Notes: generated from the sequence alone by a model not told the origin. A stretch of 64,000 bases of DNA from Methanobacteriota archaeon (GCA_020696385.1 JAEHCQ010000002.1:32001-96000); one strand, 5' to 3'. Positions 1-10,502 are shown, counted from the stretch's first letter. Numbers and translations are program-made.

Positions 1-20
1 GATCACTGCTCTCTATATTT

Positions 21-467
21 TTATTCTGTATCATCATCGTCATCGATGATCCTGACCTCGCCACCAGCTGCCTCGATCTTGCTGGTAGCTTTCTCTGTGG
101 CCTCATCGACCAATACTACGATCTTGGCACTTACTCTTCCTGTGCCAAGTAGCTTGTCGATACCTATTTTTTGAAGGTTGATGGTGTATACACCATCTTT
201 CAACGCAGCCTCACCGGATGCGACAAACGCATCCGCACGTTCCATCAAGTCACCCACATTAATGGTGTTTGGCCTGAGGTAAAGGCTTGGGTCCCTTCTC
301 ATTCCATGTCGGCCGAAATAGTCTGGGTGGTATTTAACAGTAGTTATGTACTTATGTTTGTGCAGACCAGCCTGACCTCTTCCGCCTCTCTTTCCAGCTC
401 CTCTACCGGCTTTCTTTCCTCTGCCGTGAGTCCTGCTTCCTCTGAACTTCTCGCATCTGTTCCTCAT
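21..467 (-). CDS. rpl15: 50S ribosomal protein uL15
   Basis: RGSRTHGRG..RGAGKRGGRG, FGRHG, KLLGTG and A..KIEAAGG motifs; last gene of spc block. Confidence 0.97.
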   Translation of the reverse strand: MRNRCEKFRGSRTHGRGKKAGRGAGKRGGRGQAGLHKHKYITTVKYHPDYFGRHGMRRDPSLYLRPNTINVGDLMERADAFVASGEAALKDGVYTINLQKIGIDKLLGTGRVSAKIVVLVDEATEKATSKIEAAGGEVRIIDDDDDTE

Positions 468-1201
468 TCAGCATCACCTTTCTTTTCTGCTGGCTTTTTA
501 ACGGCCTTCTTTACTGGAGTTGCATCTTCCTTCTTGGCAGCCACTTTCTTTACAGGTTTGGGCTTGTCAGCTGCTGGCTTTGCCGGAGCTGCCTTTTTTG
601 CCACTGGTTTCTTCTCATCTGCTGGCTTCTTGGCAGCTACTTTCTTCACGGCCTTGGGTTTATCAGATGCTGGTTTCTTGACTGCTGGCTTTGCTTTTGG
701 TGCGACAGCTGCTTTCGCAGGTGCTGCTTCTGGGCCCAGCATACGGAGTATAAGATCATTGATATTATCTCCACGGTATCCCAGAGCGCCTCCAACATTG
801 TAAGCTCTCTTGATGCCTTCATAGCCTTTTAGAGGTGGGTGAAGCCTGAACAATGGCTTTACTGCCTCAAGACTGGAGTACTTGATCTGGCCATCGACCA
901 CGGCCTTTGAAAAGTCCAAAGGAGTTCCGAATTCGGTATTGGACTTGATATAGGCGGGGGTTATTTGAACCCCTCCTTCCAATTTTCCTCTGGTTAGGAT
1001 CATTCTGGCAAGTACCTCTGGCTTGATCTCTCCCCAGGTGACATAGTCCTTCACTTTCTGGAGCATGCCTTTGGATATTGCATCTTCATGGAGTATGATG
1101 CAATGATTCACCCTGTTCAAACGAAGAAGTTCGAGGGTACGCCTGATATCTTTTCTGATATTGATCAGGCTTCTGACCTGTATAACAGCATGAGTTGTCA
1201 T
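464..1201 (-). CDS. rpl30: 50S ribosomal protein uL30 (archaeal long form) with ~90-aa Lys/Ala/Pro-rich C-terminal tail
   Basis: TLELLRLNRVNH, GMLQKVKDYVTWGE, FRLHPP..G, GYRGD.IN.LI.RM; lies between uS5 and uL15. Confidence 0.96.
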   Translation of the reverse strand: MTTHAVIQVRSLINIRKDIRRTLELLRLNRVNHCIILHEDAISKGMLQKVKDYVTWGEIKPEVLARMILTRGKLEGGVQITPAYIKSNTEFGTPLDFSKAVVDGQIKYSSLEAVKPLFRLHPPLKGYEGIKRAYNVGGALGYRGDNINDLILRMLGPEAAPAKAAVAPKAKPAVKKPASDKPKAVKKVAAKKPADEKKPVAKKAAPAKPAADKPKPVKKVAAKKEDATPVKKAVKKPAEKKGDAE

Positions 1202-2094
1202 TAAGACCTCCTCCTTCTGTCATCATTTCTTGGTCCCCTTGGCGGTCTATCTCCACCCTCTGGTGTGAAATTACCACTGGCCTTCTTTGCTTCCATTTCC
1301 TTGGCCTTCTTCTTGATGAGCTCATCCTCTTTCTTCTTCTTTTCCTGGATGATATGATTGTACTCTTCAGGTGATGTGTCCAAATATATTGGCTTCACAG
1401 GTCCAGTTATTATGTGAAGGTTTTCAGCTTGCTTTGGTGTGACCTTGACCATCGTGGTGTTCTGCATAGCGTAGAAAGATGCGAAACTGTAATTGACAGT
1501 TGTCTTACTGTGGCCCTTTGACAAACCCCAGGCATCTGATATTCCAGCCAAGCGCAGGACATGCTTTGGTACATTACCAACAGCGAGGCCCACTCCCTGT
1601 GGAGCTGGCTTGAAGGTCGCTACAACGGATCCAGCCTTACCAGAAACTGCGAATGGAATTGTATGTGAATTTCCGCAACCACATTCCCATGATCCGCAAC
1701 CTCTCTTGATCTCTACGAGATTCAGCTTGGCATTGTCTATGGCCTTTCTGATGGATGGGCCAACTTCCTTACCTTTGAAACGTCCCATACCTACAAAACC
1801 ATCTCCATTACCGACAACTGCAGTTATGGCAAATCTAACACGACGTCCTGAATCGGTCATCCTCTGAACCATGTTCACATCAAGGACCTCATCGTCCATC
1901 TCGGGCAAGAGAATATCCACGATCTCGGCTTCTTTCAATACATGCCTAGATCTCAGTGCTTCGCTCATACTCGTTATCTTTCCTTCATATACGAGCTTAC
2001 CCAATGTGGTCTTTGGTATCCAGTCCAATGCTGGATTCACTTCTTCTCTTGGGGGTCTTCCTCTATTTCCAGCGGGTCTTCTTCCTCCAGGCAT
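1201..2094 (-). CDS. rps5: 30S ribosomal protein uS5
   Basis: WIPKTTLGKLV, VQRMTDSGRR, RGCGSWECGCG, PAPQGVGL. Confidence 0.97.
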   Translation of the reverse strand: MPGGRRPAGNRGRPPREEVNPALDWIPKTTLGKLVYEGKITSMSEALRSRHVLKEAEIVDILLPEMDDEVLDVNMVQRMTDSGRRVRFAITAVVGNGDGFVGMGRFKGKEVGPSIRKAIDNAKLNLVEIKRGCGSWECGCGNSHTIPFAVSGKAGSVVATFKPAPQGVGLAVGNVPKHVLRLAGISDAWGLSKGHSKTTVNYSFASFYAMQNTTMVKVTPKQAENLHIITGPVKPIYLDTSPEEYNHIIQEKKKKEDELIKKKAKEMEAKKASGNFTPEGGDRPPRGPRNDDRRRRS

Positions 2095-2597
2095 TATTTA
2101 CCACCTCTGATCTTATTTGATACGGATTCAAACATCTTGGAGACATCCTCACCCTTTAATTCACCATTAATCCTGTTCTCTTCTGGTATGATGCTTGGGT
2201 CATGTGATATATTGACACCTGCATCCAACAGACCCTTGAGAGCTGCATAGACTTTGCTTCCCTTTGTATGTGCATGAAGACCTATGTCCAGCACTGCTAT
2301 ATCGATCTTGTTCTCAATTGCCCTTGTACCAGCCAAAAGTCCTACCAAATAGGCGGCGGACGAATTGGATGTTGCCCTTGTCCAGCCCATCTTTTTCAGC
2401 TCTTTAGTATTAGCGGCTGCCAATACTACATCACCTTTTGGATCATAGTTTATCAATTGAACTGTGATATGTTTAGAAGATGCTCTGACGACACCTCTTG
2501 GCAGATGAGACATAAGGAGCCGCTTCCTGGCTCTGTAATCGGTCTTGCCTTCACGCCTTCTGGCGAAGTGCACTCTGTATCTCGGTCCGGTTGCCAT
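2094..2597 (-). CDS. rpl18: 50S ribosomal protein uL18
   Basis: MATGPRYRV.F.RRREGKTDY, AAYLVGLLAG, LDIGL. Confidence 0.97.
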   Translation of the reverse strand: MATGPRYRVHFARRREGKTDYRARKRLLMSHLPRGVVRASSKHITVQLINYDPKGDVVLAAANTKELKKMGWTRATSNSSAAYLVGLLAGTRAIENKIDIAVLDIGLHAHTKGSKVYAALKGLLDAGVNISHDPSIIPEENRINGELKGEDVSKMFESVSNKIRGGK

Positions 2598-3052
2598 TAT
2601 TGTTCCTCCTGTAATACACCGTGGATCTTCATCTGAGTTTCCAAGTGGGCTCTGTTCTTGAACATTCCACCCTTGGCCTGACGATAGTATTTCCTATATG
2701 TCTTGGTATCGATCTTACCCTCATCTCTCAGTTCCTTGAGTCTTGCTCTCAAGATCCTTATCTTTTTCATCCATACTTGCTTCTTTGGGGTTCTGGCACC
2801 TTTTGCACCTTTTCTGCTACCATGTCCCCTTTGCCTACCTTTTGCTTTCTGATTGGCCTGGTGCTTCTTCCTACCGGTTGAAATACCAGTCTTCTGAATT
2901 GCTTTTATGGCTCCGGCATTGATCATCACGCGTACATTGGATCTCGTAATGGCACTTGCCACATCTTCCACCCTGTTCGGGTCGATCCAGATCCTGTTCT
3001 CACCGCATTTCAGTATCTCGGCAGCCATTCTTCTCTGATTTTTCAAATGCAT
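2597..3052 (-). CDS. rpl19e: 50S ribosomal protein eL19
   Basis: L..QRRMAA.ILKCG.NRIWIDP, G.GSRKG.KGAR, YRKYY..AKGG.F. Confidence 0.97.
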   Translation of the reverse strand: MHLKNQRRMAAEILKCGENRIWIDPNRVEDVASAITRSNVRVMINAGAIKAIQKTGISTGRKKHQANQKAKGRQRGHGSRKGAKGARTPKKQVWMKKIRILRARLKELRDEGKIDTKTYRKYYRQAKGGMFKNRAHLETQMKIHGVLQEEQ

Positions 3053-3053
3053 C

Positions 3054-3548
3054 TCACTGCCCCCTGTTCAATATTCTGAGGTTCAGATCTTTGGCTTTCT
3101 TTTCAATATCCCCTCTCTTTCGTGTTCCAACAGTGTGAGCTATCCTGACTGCCTGCTTCTTTGGATCCAGTTTATCCAATTCCTTTGGGTTGTGTATAAG
3201 CACATCCTCAAATCCGGATGGATGTCTGCCTCTGACAGACTTTGGACCCCTATAGCCCTTGGATGGCATATTGGGGCGGTATTTGTAATTCCTCCTCATC
3301 TTGGAGGATATACCTACAGATCTTCTCCATGAATCGCCCAGTTTCTTGTATCTGAACCATTCCTGCCTTCTGAACTTGGGTCTTTTATCATCCATGTTCG
3401 CTCTGAGGTTCATTGCCTTGATCTCTTCCTTGGAAAGCTCTGGTTTCATTTTCACTACGTAACCCACTTCTTCATCGACATCATCGACTATTTCGATCTT
3501 CTCTTCATCGACTGGGTTCTCTGCTCCTTTCTTGGATTTCTCAGGCAT
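3054..3548 (-). CDS. rpl32e: 50S ribosomal protein eL32 with acidic N-terminal extension
   Basis: PKFRRQEW..YKKL..SWRR..G..SKMR, RG.HPSG, RILN. Confidence 0.96.
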   Translation of the reverse strand: MPEKSKKGAENPVDEEKIEIVDDVDEEVGYVVKMKPELSKEEIKAMNLRANMDDKRPKFRRQEWFRYKKLGDSWRRSVGISSKMRRNYKYRPNMPSKGYRGPKSVRGRHPSGFEDVLIHNPKELDKLDPKKQAVRIAHTVGTRKRGDIEKKAKDLNLRILNRGQ

Positions 3549-4090
3549 TAGATCCCTCCTTTCTGTGTGATGTAGATACCATCCTGGAATACTCTTGGAT
3601 CGTATCCTTTGATCTTTGTAGCGCTCTCGATATTGGCAGCTGTCTGGCCAACGTGTTCTTTATTGGGGCCAGTGAGAATCACTTCATCACCTTTGGAGAC
3701 GACCTTTGTGTCTCCAAGTATTTTGGCCTTACGTGGGAATTTCTCCCCTACGAAATTCTCAATAACGAATACGTCACCCTTAATACTCACCTTTACTGGG
3801 AAATGAGAGTACACTATCTTCATCTTGTATTCGAATCCAGTTGTAACTCCTGTTATCATATTCTGGATATGAGCTGCGAATGTTCCCAATAGTGCATTAT
3901 CTTTTCTTCTTGGGAATTCACATGAAATAATAACCTTATCTCCAACCACTTTTGATATTATTCTCATGTGGTCCAGGGTTCTGGATTGTTCTTTCTTCTT
4001 ACCTTTTACCGTGAAAGTACCATTATTGATGGTGACCGTGACTCCCTCTGGTATTTGAATTTCCTTTTCTGATATTCCTGATATTGGCAT
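3548..4090 (-). CDS. rpl6: 50S ribosomal protein uL6
   Basis: IPEGVTV, YSHFP, NFVGEK.PR, VGQTAANIE, DPRVFQDGIY. Confidence 0.97.
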   Translation of the reverse strand: MPISGISEKEIQIPEGVTVTINNGTFTVKGKKKEQSRTLDHMRIISKVVGDKVIISCEFPRRKDNALLGTFAAHIQNMITGVTTGFEYKMKIVYSHFPVKVSIKGDVFVIENFVGEKFPRKAKILGDTKVVSKGDEVILTGPNKEHVGQTAANIESATKIKGYDPRVFQDGIYITQKGGI

Positions 4091-4101
4091 TTCAAATCAC
4101 C

Positions 4102-4491
4102 TCAATATACATATGCGAGTAATCTACCACCGACACCCAAAGTTCTTGCCTGGGTGTGTGTGATTACACCTTCCGTCGTAGTTAGGATCAGAACACCAAA
4201 GTCCTGAGCCGGGAGGTACCTGGATTCAAAGTTCTCCAGTTCGGTCTTTCTCACGCTAAATCTTGGTTTTATAACTCCGCACTTGTTGATATTACCGTTC
4301 AAAGTTACCATGAATTGTCCGGACCTGCCATCATCAAGGTATTCGAATTCCTTGATGTAACCATTGTCCTGCATGGTCTTCAATACTCTTCCAATAAGTT
4401 TGGAAGACGGTTTCACTAGGCATTGTCTTTTACCTACTTTCTCGGCATTGTTTATCTGTGACATTGCGTCATTCAAAGGATCATGTTGCAT
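4102..4491 (-). CDS. rps8: 30S ribosomal protein uS8
   Basis: [32 protein letters not shown]. Confidence 0.97.
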   Translation of the reverse strand: MQHDPLNDAMSQINNAEKVGKRQCLVKPSSKLIGRVLKTMQDNGYIKEFEYLDDGRSGQFMVTLNGNINKCGVIKPRFSVRKTELENFESRYLPAQDFGVLILTTTEGVITHTQARTLGVGGRLLAYVY

Positions 4492-4502
4492 ACTTCTTCC
4501 TC

Positions 4503-4649
4503 CTATGAATATTTCTTAAAGCCCAGGTCTGGCGCCAGCTCCCTGAAGCACTGCCTGCAAAGCCTGATATTGTATCTGCGAATCATTCCGCGCTTTCGAC
4601 CACATCTAAGGCATCCTTCCTTCCTTCCAAAATTCTTTGTTGGCTTCAA
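4503..4649 (-). CDS. rps14: 30S ribosomal protein uS14 (zinc type), not in ORF track
   Basis: Translated by hand from TTG at 4649: [48 protein letters not shown]; CxxC..CRQCFRE; overlaps the uL5 stop (TTGA). Confidence 0.95.
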   Translation of the reverse strand: MKPTKNFGRKEGCLRCGRKRGMIRRYNIRLCRQCFRELAPDLGFKKYS

Positions 4650-5161
4650 GATATCACCTCGACCTTGAACTTGTTCTTAACAAAGTTCTTGCCTTCTTCT
4701 TGACTTATTCTCTGCTTGAGTGGTAGACGTCTTGCCTGCCTTCTTCTTATCGCTATCCTCTTTCCCTGTCTGGAAAGGGTCACCGATACGTCAAGCCCGA
4801 ATATTCCTATGTTAGGGTCGTATTTCATACCCTCGAAATCAGTATAATCGGATACGCCAAATGAGAAATTCCCTTCCTTATCGAAGGAGTAGTCAGCTAT
4901 CCTGTTCTCCTTGACCCAGAATGCTTTCTTGATGAATTCTTCGGCTTCTTCTCCACGAAGTGTCACCTTACATCCGATCGGCATTCCTTCCCTCAATCCA
5001 AGATCTTTGTTAGTGGTCCTGGATATTGTTCTGACCGATTTTCTATTGGTGAGCATTCCCATCACTTTCTCTGCCTTCATGAGCTTTTCACCACCTTCAC
5101 CAACACCCATGTTGATGACAGTTTTTTCAATTTTTATCATCCTTGATTTGCCGCTGCTCAT
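4646..5161 (-). CDS. rpl5: 50S ribosomal protein uL5
   Basis: [39 protein letters not shown]. Confidence 0.97.
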   Translation of the reverse strand: MSSGKSRMIKIEKTVINMGVGEGGEKLMKAEKVMGMLTNRKSVRTISRTTNKDLGLREGMPIGCKVTLRGEEAEEFIKKAFWVKENRIADYSFDKEGNFSFGVSDYTDFEGMKYDPNIGIFGLDVSVTLSRQGKRIAIRRRQARRLPLKQRISQEEGKNFVKNKFKVEVIS

Positions 5162-5868
5162 TCTCTCACCGCCTCTGGTATTGACATGGACTGGGTCTTC
5201 TCACCGATCATAAAGACATATGGTTTGATGGTGGAGAATCCCTCCTTGAATTTGAGAAGGTTTGGTTTTGGATTTCTTGTTTCCTCATAGCTCTCGATCT
5301 CACATAGCTGGCCAATATGACCCCCGCCTATGAGATAGACCTTGTTACCTGGTTTCATCTCAAATGAATCCAGTATTTTCTGGGAAGGAAGTTCTATCTT
5401 CAGGACAGTTCCGGTTGAGTACTTGTCCTTGTCCAATATTATGTTCCTTCCATCATGTAGATTGAGCTGGGTCTTGCCCTTCTTCAAGGTAGTCTTGTTC
5501 TCGATCCTGGAAAGCTTCCATTTGGCCTCATCTTTCGATATGCGCACTGTCTGGAACTTTCCATTATTATCGATCAACAATCTAAAATATTCCTTGGTAT
5601 CGGGGATAGATATGACATCCATAAGGCCGACCGGGATTTTGTAATTCCTTGCTGGCTGGCCATCGATCAATACCTTTCTCTCGCCTATTATCCTTCTTGC
5701 TTCACGGGATGTATCACAGCATTTGATCATATCCCTGAGAAGAACTACCATTGGAACGCTCCTCTGGATCGGGTGGGCTCCTGGGGATGCCTTAGCGATC
5801 CACACAATGCCCTTTCTTGGAACTGGGATTATAGTTGGTGTGGTCAATCTCTTCATGTGTTTGCTCAT
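5158..5868 (-). CDS. rps4e: 30S ribosomal protein eS4
   Basis: MSKHMKRL..P, PGAH, PVGLMDVI, QLNLHDGRN, GG.HIG. Confidence 0.97.
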   Translation of the reverse strand: MSKHMKRLTTPTIIPVPRKGIVWIAKASPGAHPIQRSVPMVVLLRDMIKCCDTSREARRIIGERKVLIDGQPARNYKIPVGLMDVISIPDTKEYFRLLIDNNGKFQTVRISKDEAKWKLSRIENKTTLKKGKTQLNLHDGRNIILDKDKYSTGTVLKIELPSQKILDSFEMKPGNKVYLIGGGHIGQLCEIESYEETRNPKPNLLKFKEGFSTIKPYVFMIGEKTQSMSIPEAVRE

Positions 5869-5869
5869 T

Positions 5870-6256
5870 CTAGATCCCTCCTGCTCTGGCCTCGAATTCT
5901 TCGAGCTTGGCCTTTCTCATTGGATCGGAAAGGTTAAGTTTAACTATCTGTAGATTAGATGGATGAACCTTTTTGCTGACCTCTGATGCATCAGCTTTTT
6001 TGATATTGACGCCTTCGAGAGAAACTTTCATTTCCTTGGTGTGGATGGTCACTACCTCGACATCCTTATCTTTTATTTGGGCACTTCCGCGCATTACTCT
6101 GACTATATCGCCTTTGACGACTGGTATGTGCCTGATGCCATACTTCTCACGCAATTCCTTTGAAAGGTGGGAAGCGATGAATTTCCTCTTCTGGTGGAGA
6201 GGTGCATTGTACAGGGCTTTTCTCTGTGATCTTGCATGTTTGCTTGTTGTGCTCAT
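5870..6256 (-). CDS. rpl24: 50S ribosomal protein uL24
   Basis: QRK.LYNAPLH, LSKELREKYG, KGD.V.VMRG, HPSNL.I. Confidence 0.97.
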   Translation of the reverse strand: MSTTSKHARSQRKALYNAPLHQKRKFIASHLSKELREKYGIRHIPVVKGDIVRVMRGSAQIKDKDVEVVTIHTKEMKVSLEGVNIKKADASEVSKKVHPSNLQIVKLNLSDPMRKAKLEEFEARAGGI

Positions 6257-6265
6257 GTAAATCCC

Positions 6266-6664
6266 TCAGACTATCGTTGAAGCTGTGGCCGCTATCCTTG
6301 GCCATCTCTCAGCTGCCTCTCTGGCTACAGGGCCCTTGATATCGGATCCCTTGGTCTCTCCTGTTTCTGTCATGATCACACAGGCATTGTCATCGAACTG
6401 GACCATTGTACCATCTGTTCTTCTGAATGGTCTTCTCTGTCTAACTATGACAGCCCTAAGTATCTGTCTTCTCATCTCTGGTGTGCCCTTCTTGACACTG
6501 ACGACAAGTATATCACCGACTCCTGCGGAGGGATAACGCCTGTGAGTACCGTGATATTTTGGAACTGCGATGATCTCGACTATCTTTGCACCGGTATTGT
6601 CGACACAGTTCAATCGAGCGCCTGTGGGGAGGCCTCTTGTTTGCTTACCTGAAATGCCCTTCAT
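6266..6664 (-). CDS. rpl14: 50S ribosomal protein uL14
   Basis: [41 protein letters not shown]. Confidence 0.97.
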   Translation of the reverse strand: MKGISGKQTRGLPTGARLNCVDNTGAKIVEIIAVPKYHGTHRRYPSAGVGDILVVSVKKGTPEMRRQILRAVIVRQRRPFRRTDGTMVQFDDNACVIMTETGETKGSDIKGPVAREAAERWPRIAATASTIV

Positions 6665-7080
6665 TTGCTCCCTCCATCAATGTTCTCGATAATGACATAC
6701 GATTTGTTCTTGCTCAAAGGCCTGCATTCCATGATCCTAACATGGTCACCGACTGTGGCCTCAAGACAAGGTGGGCTGTGAGCCATGTACTTGCCAGAGC
6801 GTTTCTCGAACCTCTCGTATTTCTCTATCTTTCTCTGAAACTCCCTTCGGACAACCGCAGAATTCTGCATCTTGTCAGAGACCACGATACCATCCAGTAT
6901 CTGTCCCCTAACACTCAATGTTCCGTGGAACGGGCAGAACTGGTCGTCGCAGGTCTTTGTCGGTAGCTTCACATCTATACCAATGTCCAGCTTCTTTTCA
7001 ACTTTCTTAGGCTTGCTGGCCTTCGTGGTGGTCTTCTTGCTCGCTGTCTTCTTTGTCGTTTTTGCTTTTGATTCAGCCAA
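6661..7080 (-). CDS. rps17: 30S ribosomal protein uS17 with Lys/Thr-rich N-terminal extension
   Basis: C.D..CPFHG.L.VRG, KYER.EKR, ECRPLSK.K; TTG start. Confidence 0.96.
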   Translation of the reverse strand: MAESKAKTTKKTASKKTTTKASKPKKVEKKLDIGIDVKLPTKTCDDQFCPFHGTLSVRGQILDGIVVSDKMQNSAVVRREFQRKIEKYERFEKRSGKYMAHSPPCLEATVGDHVRIMECRPLSKNKSYVIIENIDGGSK

Positions 7081-7128
7081 ATTAATCCCTCCTTTGGCTA
7101 TATACTAATATATTGAATTGTAAGATCA

Positions 7129-7416
7129 TTACATCACCCTCTTCACTTTCTTGGTGCGATCCTCGGGTCGGAAGCTTATCTTGTCCCCATTCATTCTGAC
7201 ACTGCTGTTATCCAACAGGAAATCAAAATAATGGCCATGTTTAGCTATTCGGTTATCTCTGCCCAGGGTTTCGAGGACAAAGGTGTTCTTTGTCTCATCG
7301 ACTACCCGTCCCTCATATGACAATTCATCAGAATTGGCCCTGTATACCTGGACATTGAGCCCGATCAGCTCATGGTTACCGAGATTCTTTGCATTTCTCA
7401 TTCTGCATCTCTCCAT
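7129..7416 (-). CDS. rnp1: Ribonuclease P protein component 1 (Rpp29/POP4)
   Basis: HELIGL.V.V, G.VVDETKNT, RPEDR; conserved position between SUI1 and uS17; true start may be the second Met. Confidence 0.92.
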   Translation of the reverse strand: MERCRMRNAKNLGNHELIGLNVQVYRANSDELSYEGRVVDETKNTFVLETLGRDNRIAKHGHYFDFLLDNSSVRMNGDKISFRPEDRTKKVKRVM

Positions 7417-7461
7417 TTCATTCCGAGTTGTTGAATGTGCTTCTTACAGTCGCTCATTCAA

Positions 7462-7761
7462 TCATCCCTCATCAACAGTGAAGCCCATTCCTTCGAGAGT
7501 TGCCTTCACTTTCTTTTTATGGTCGCCCTGGAGCTCGATCCTTCCTTCCTTTATGGTTCCTCCAGCCGCGCACTTCGTCTTGAGCACTCTGGCCAGGTCA
7601 TCGATATCGATGTCCCCACTGTCTATGCCTTCGACGATGGTCACGAACTTACCATATCTTCTGCGGTCTGTAAGGAGCCTGATCTGCTGTTGTTCTCTGG
7701 CTATCTCCTCGCACATGCAGAGTTCTTCTGGGAGCCCGCAGGTTGAACACACGCCAGCCAT
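7462..7761 (-). CDS. sui1: Translation initiation factor aIF1 (SUI1 homolog)
   Basis: C..CGLP.ELC.CEEIARE, RRYGK.VT, LK..CA.GGT, IELQGDH. Confidence 0.96.
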   Translation of the reverse strand: MAGVCSTCGLPEELCMCEEIAREQQQIRLLTDRRRYGKFVTIVEGIDSGDIDIDDLARVLKTKCAAGGTIKEGRIELQGDHKKKVKATLEGMGFTVDEG

Positions 7762-7961
7762 TATTTCTTAGCCTCCCTATTTATGGTCAAGACCCTAGCG
7801 ATATTCTTCCTGATGGCCCTGATCTTTCCTGGGCTTGCTGGAGCTCCACCCATGGCAGCCACTCCTCTCTCGTGCATCAGGTCCGCCTTGAGGCGCTTTA
7901 GTCTTTCATCCCTGTCCTCTTGGCTCAATTCTCTGAGTTCACTGGTTCTAAGAAGTGCCAT
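7761..7961 (-). CDS. rpl29: 50S ribosomal protein uL29
   Basis: [24 protein letters not shown]. Confidence 0.96.
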   Translation of the reverse strand: MALLRTSELRELSQEDRDERLKRLKADLMHERGVAAMGGAPASPGKIRAIRKNIARVLTINREAKK

Positions 7962-8848
7962 TAATTAGCCTCCTTTGTTTCTTCAGCAGGCTTTGCTTTT
8001 GGTTCTTCGGAAGCAGGTGCCGGCTTGGCAGCCTCGGCCTTATCTTCGACCTTGGGTGCCGGCTTCTTCGCCTCTACTTCGTCCTTTCCTTTGGCATCGG
8101 CCTTCTTCTTTTCAGCCTTGGCAGCCTTCTTTTCAGCCCTCTTTCCTTTCTTCTCTGTCTTATCAGGCTTCTCTTCTGCTACTGGCTTCTCAATTGGAGT
8201 ATCTACTGGCTTTGGCTCTGATTCTGGTTCTGGTTCTGCCTGAACAAGAGCGCCAGGTTGGACAACACTGACCTCATCTGGCAATCGAGCATTTGGATGC
8301 ATGATCTGAACCTTCACACCAATAACGCCCGCCTTGAGCTTGGCTACTGAAAATCCTTCCTCCATCCATTTTATCTTTGGATCACCACAGAATTTGATGT
8401 GGCCTTCTTTGAATTTTTCCATTCTGTGCCTATTGCCTGTGAGCTTACCAGATATGATGATCTGACATCCTCTGGCTTTGGCACCCATAATCCTTCTTAC
8501 GGTGGAGTGACCAGCCCTTCTGAAGTGCCAGCCTCTTTCCAGAGCTGCTGCGAGCTTCTCGGCCATTATTTGAGCATTGAGGTTTGGATTCTTGACCTCG
8601 ATGACCTCGATCTGGGGTTTGGGGAAGTGGAATTTGAACTCCACTGCCTCGGTGAGCATCTTGATGGTGGATCCTCTCCTTCCAATGACCAGGCCTGGCC
8701 TCTCTGTCAATAATGTTACACGAGTTCCCATCGGGGTCCTCTGAATATCAATACCTCCAAATCCAGCCCTCTTGACCTCTTTCATGAAGTATTCCTTCAA
8801 CAGAACACGTCTGATGTTCTCCGTCACAAATTTTCTTTCTCCGGCCAA
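7961..8848 (-). CDS. rps3: 30S ribosomal protein uS3 with ~90-aa Lys/Glu/Ala/Pro-rich C-terminal tail
   Basis: KH domain RPGLVIGRRG, LERGWHFRRA, SGKLTG.R, GVIGVKV.I; TTG start. Confidence 0.97.
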   Translation of the reverse strand: MAGERKFVTENIRRVLLKEYFMKEVKRAGFGGIDIQRTPMGTRVTLLTERPGLVIGRRGSTIKMLTEAVEFKFHFPKPQIEVIEVKNPNLNAQIMAEKLAAALERGWHFRRAGHSTVRRIMGAKARGCQIIISGKLTGNRHRMEKFKEGHIKFCGDPKIKWMEEGFSVAKLKAGVIGVKVQIMHPNARLPDEVSVVQPGALVQAEPEPESEPKPVDTPIEKPVAEEKPDKTEKKGKRAEKKAAKAEKKKADAKGKDEVEAKKPAPKVEDKAEAAKPAPASEEPKAKPAEETKEAN

Positions 8849-8850
8849 GT

Positions 8851-9309
8851 TCAGTCCTCCATGATCTCTAATATTATCTCTACATTCGTGGTCTCTTCAT
8901 TGAAAGGTGTAGCCCTACCGTGAGCTCTCTGTATCCAGCCTGGAAGTATTCGGCCTTTGTAAGCTGCAGCTGTGGATATTCTCAGTTCATCCTTTTCCGG
9001 ATGCCCGAGCTCATCTCTGTGTTCCGCATTAGCGACTGCAGCCTCGATAACTTTCAATATGTGTTTGGAAGCCTTGACCGGAAATCTTCCGCCGGCTCCC
9101 TCTTTTCTGTGAGGCACGCATTTATTGTATCTCTTATATGGAATGGATCTCTTCAGAATGATAACGTCCTCGAGAAGCTCTATTGCGTCCTCGACCACCA
9201 TTCCTCGAATCTTTCTGCATATCTCATTCGATGCCCTTGGTGAAATCTTCAATTCCTTTCCGTAAGCCCTTGCCATTGTTTCCTTATCATAATGTCCGCT
9301 GTATCCCAT
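8851..9309 (-). CDS. rpl22: 50S ribosomal protein uL22
   Basis: ISP....IC..IRGM, GRFPVKA, ANAE, RAHGRATP. Confidence 0.96.
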   Translation of the reverse strand: MGYSGHYDKETMARAYGKELKISPRASNEICRKIRGMVVEDAIELLEDVIILKRSIPYKRYNKCVPHRKEGAGGRFPVKASKHILKVIEAAVANAEHRDELGHPEKDELRISTAAAYKGRILPGWIQRAHGRATPFNEETTNVEIILEIMED

Positions 9310-9318
9310 TTTCTCACC

Positions 9319-9783
9319 TCACTTCAATGGCATGAACTTGGATGATTTGGTAGCACCCACACCTGGTCCTGAATGTTTGACAGAGTTTCTTGTCAACGAA
9401 TATTCACCGAGATAATGGCCGATCATCTCTGGCTTTATCTCAACTTCTTTGTATTCCTTTCCATTGTAAATAGCGATATTCTTACCTACGAAAGAAGGCA
9501 GTATGACGATGGCCCTTCTGTGTGTCCTTACAGGTTTGTCAGAACTCATCAATCTGTCTATGAAGGCCTGTTCTTCTGTGTTCAGGCCACGGCTATATGA
9601 ACGTCTGGCTCTAGCAGGTAAAAGAGGCAAGACCTCTTCTAAGCTCATTTTCTGGAGCTCTTCAAGGGTGAATCCACGGAATGTGAACTCTTTCTTACGC
9701 CTTGCTGCTATTGCTCCCTTCTTCTTCCTCGCCTTTCTCCTTGCTGCTTTGGGCGTGCTTCCACGGACTACTTTCCTAGCCAT
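9319..9783 (-). CDS. rps19: 30S ribosomal protein uS19
   Basis: FTFRG, RTH.R...ILP, YNGK, EMIGHYLGE, GVGAT.SSKF.PLK. Confidence 0.97.
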   Translation of the reverse strand: MARKVVRGSTPKAARRKARKKKGAIAARRKKEFTFRGFTLEELQKMSLEEVLPLLPARARRSYSRGLNTEEQAFIDRLMSSDKPVRTHRRAIVILPSFVGKNIAIYNGKEYKEVEIKPEMIGHYLGEYSLTRNSVKHSGPGVGATKSSKFMPLK

Positions 9784-9785
9784 AT

Positions 9786-10502
9786 CTACTTCCTCCTGCT
9801 CTTGCTTTTCTTCTTAGGTGCAATATTTCCAACTTTTCTTCCAGGTGGAGCATGCCTTGATACCGAACTTTGTGTACCAACATGAGGGTGATTTCCTCCA
9901 CCATGAGGGTGGTTTACCGGGTTCATTGCAAGTCCCTTCACCTTGAAGCTTCTCCTGGCTTTGCTTCTAAGACAATTGTATTTCTTTCCAGCCTTGGCGA
10001 ATGGTTTCTCATTACGACCAGAGCCAGCCACTATGCCGACTGTCGCCCTGCATCTTAAATTGAAGGGTTTGAAAGCACCGGATGGCATCTGGATCATGAC
10101 ATCCTTTCCTCTGCTTGTGACAGTTCCAGATGTTCCGGCGGCCTTTATGAACTTGCCACCGTCTCCTGGGATTGCCTCGATATTGTGAACCATCGTACCT
10201 TCAGGTATCTCACCCAATGGAAGGATATTTCCGAGCTCAATAGGTGATCCGGATCCTGCATTGACCTTCTGATTCACCCTCAAGCCCTCGGGAGCGACTA
10301 TCAATACCTGCTGGCCAGATTCATATCTGACCTTGGCCATTGGTGAGCTTCTTCCTGGTGCGTGGAACAGATCGATGACCTCTCCCTCACCCTTGAGCCC
10401 ACGTGGGTATAATGGTTGTCCTTTATGCCTGTGGCTTGGTGATCTGTAAGTGCTGCTTCCTTTTCCTCTCCTCTGCGGAATAATACGTTTTCCCATTTTC
10501 AC
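9786..10502 (-). CDS. rpl2: 50S ribosomal protein uL2
   Basis: MGKRI..QRRGKG, PGDGGK, AMNPV.HPHGGG.H, PPGRKVG. Confidence 0.97.
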   Translation of the reverse strand: MKMGKRIIPQRRGKGSSTYRSPSHRHKGQPLYPRGLKGEGEVIDLFHAPGRSSPMAKVRYESGQQVLIVAPEGLRVNQKVNAGSGSPIELGNILPLGEIPEGTMVHNIEAIPGDGGKFIKAAGTSGTVTSRGKDVMIQMPSGAFKPFNLRCRATVGIVAGSGRNEKPFAKAGKKYNCLRSKARRSFKVKGLAMNPVNHPHGGGNHPHVGTQSSVSRHAPPGRKVGNIAPKKKSKSRRK

